This document shows positions 59,268-59,810 of a stretch of 59,810 nucleotides of DNA, piece by piece; the stretch's first letter is position 1; every line of letters starts with the position of its first letter. A program made the translations under genes and the position numbers. Under the pieces are notes generated by a model. That model saw nothing but the letters and a program-made list of their open reading frames with translations, ran no database searches and had not been told where the DNA came from. Source of the DNA: Thelocarpon superellum (lineage: Eukaryota); the NCBI GenBank assembly GCA_026025795.1, contig JAPEUG010000067.1:1-59810 (forward strand), read 5' to 3'.

Positions 59268-59810
59268 GTTACTCCTTTGCTTTTGACGATGATGAGGATG
59301 GGGTTGGGCAAAAAGGAACGGGCCAAGGTTTGGGAAAGGACAGCGAGGCGCCTTTGATATGATAGATGCCGATGTATGGTAGACGTAACAAGTACTGAAT
59401 ACTGTCACAACCGATGGACACTGGGCCAGTGGCCTGCACAGGGGACCTTTTGTTGACCCTCAGACCGGACCGACTGAACTCCAAATCTGTAGCGGTCTCG
59501 ACGCAAGAGCCATTCGACGCCATCCTCGTCTTCATCGACGAGTGTTCGTGGATGGGTTGATTCATTCCAGGCGGTCAGTCGCGAATCAGGTCGACGCGAC
59601 TGGTTCGTCCGATGATGTGGATGGCGGTGGTCAGAGCCTCGCCGAGGTCGGCGTTGCTGGCTCCTTCTCCGTACAACTTCCATCTCATGTGGTTGATGAG
59701 TCGTGCCTCATTTGTCAATTCCGTGTGTTCGACCAACTCCTCGTCGATGGACATCAAGGTGTGTACCATGTCCTCGAAGTTTGCGCAACATCCAAGAGTC
59801 CGAACTGGCC

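Noticed and set aside
59405..59810. Short minus-strand ORFs at the window edge (MVHTLMSIDEEL...)
   Set aside because: They may be the tail of a gene or pseudogene extending beyond the window, but there is no recognisable motif to support a call.
1..59810. tRNA, rRNA, CRISPR arrays or a secondary-metabolite cluster
   Set aside because: None was recognisable by eye. Small ncRNAs cannot be excluded without covariance-model searches.

Overview
GC-rich, gene-dense genomic DNA from a filamentous ascomycete (Pezizomycotina-type): short GT-AG introns with CTRAC/CTRAT branch sites and no prokaryotic features. It carries about 17 intact genes, mostly housekeeping: CDC16/APC6, TRA1, ADE6, an unknown polytopic membrane protein, GCP5-like, a GT15 mannosyltransferase, cytochrome c oxidase Va, a fatty-acid elongase, a Ser/Pro-rich orphan ORF, PP2A B56/RTS1, TFIIIC tau95, an unannotated disordered protein, ribokinase, PRP9, FAL1/eIF4AIII, MCM5 and VPS54. 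A disrupted PTH11-like membrane-protein gene lies at the right end. Two observations stand out. First, the hypothetical protein at 40724-42132 carries ABBA, KEN and D-box motifs in the order of the budding-yeast APC/C-Cdh1 pseudosubstrate inhibitor Acm1, with SCB/MCB-like sites upstream. Second, a 90-bp TG...CA element with 7-bp terminal inverted repeats and 4-bp flanking duplications occurs twice, in opposite orientation, bracketing VPS54. All calls were made by eye from sequence motifs; no database search was run.
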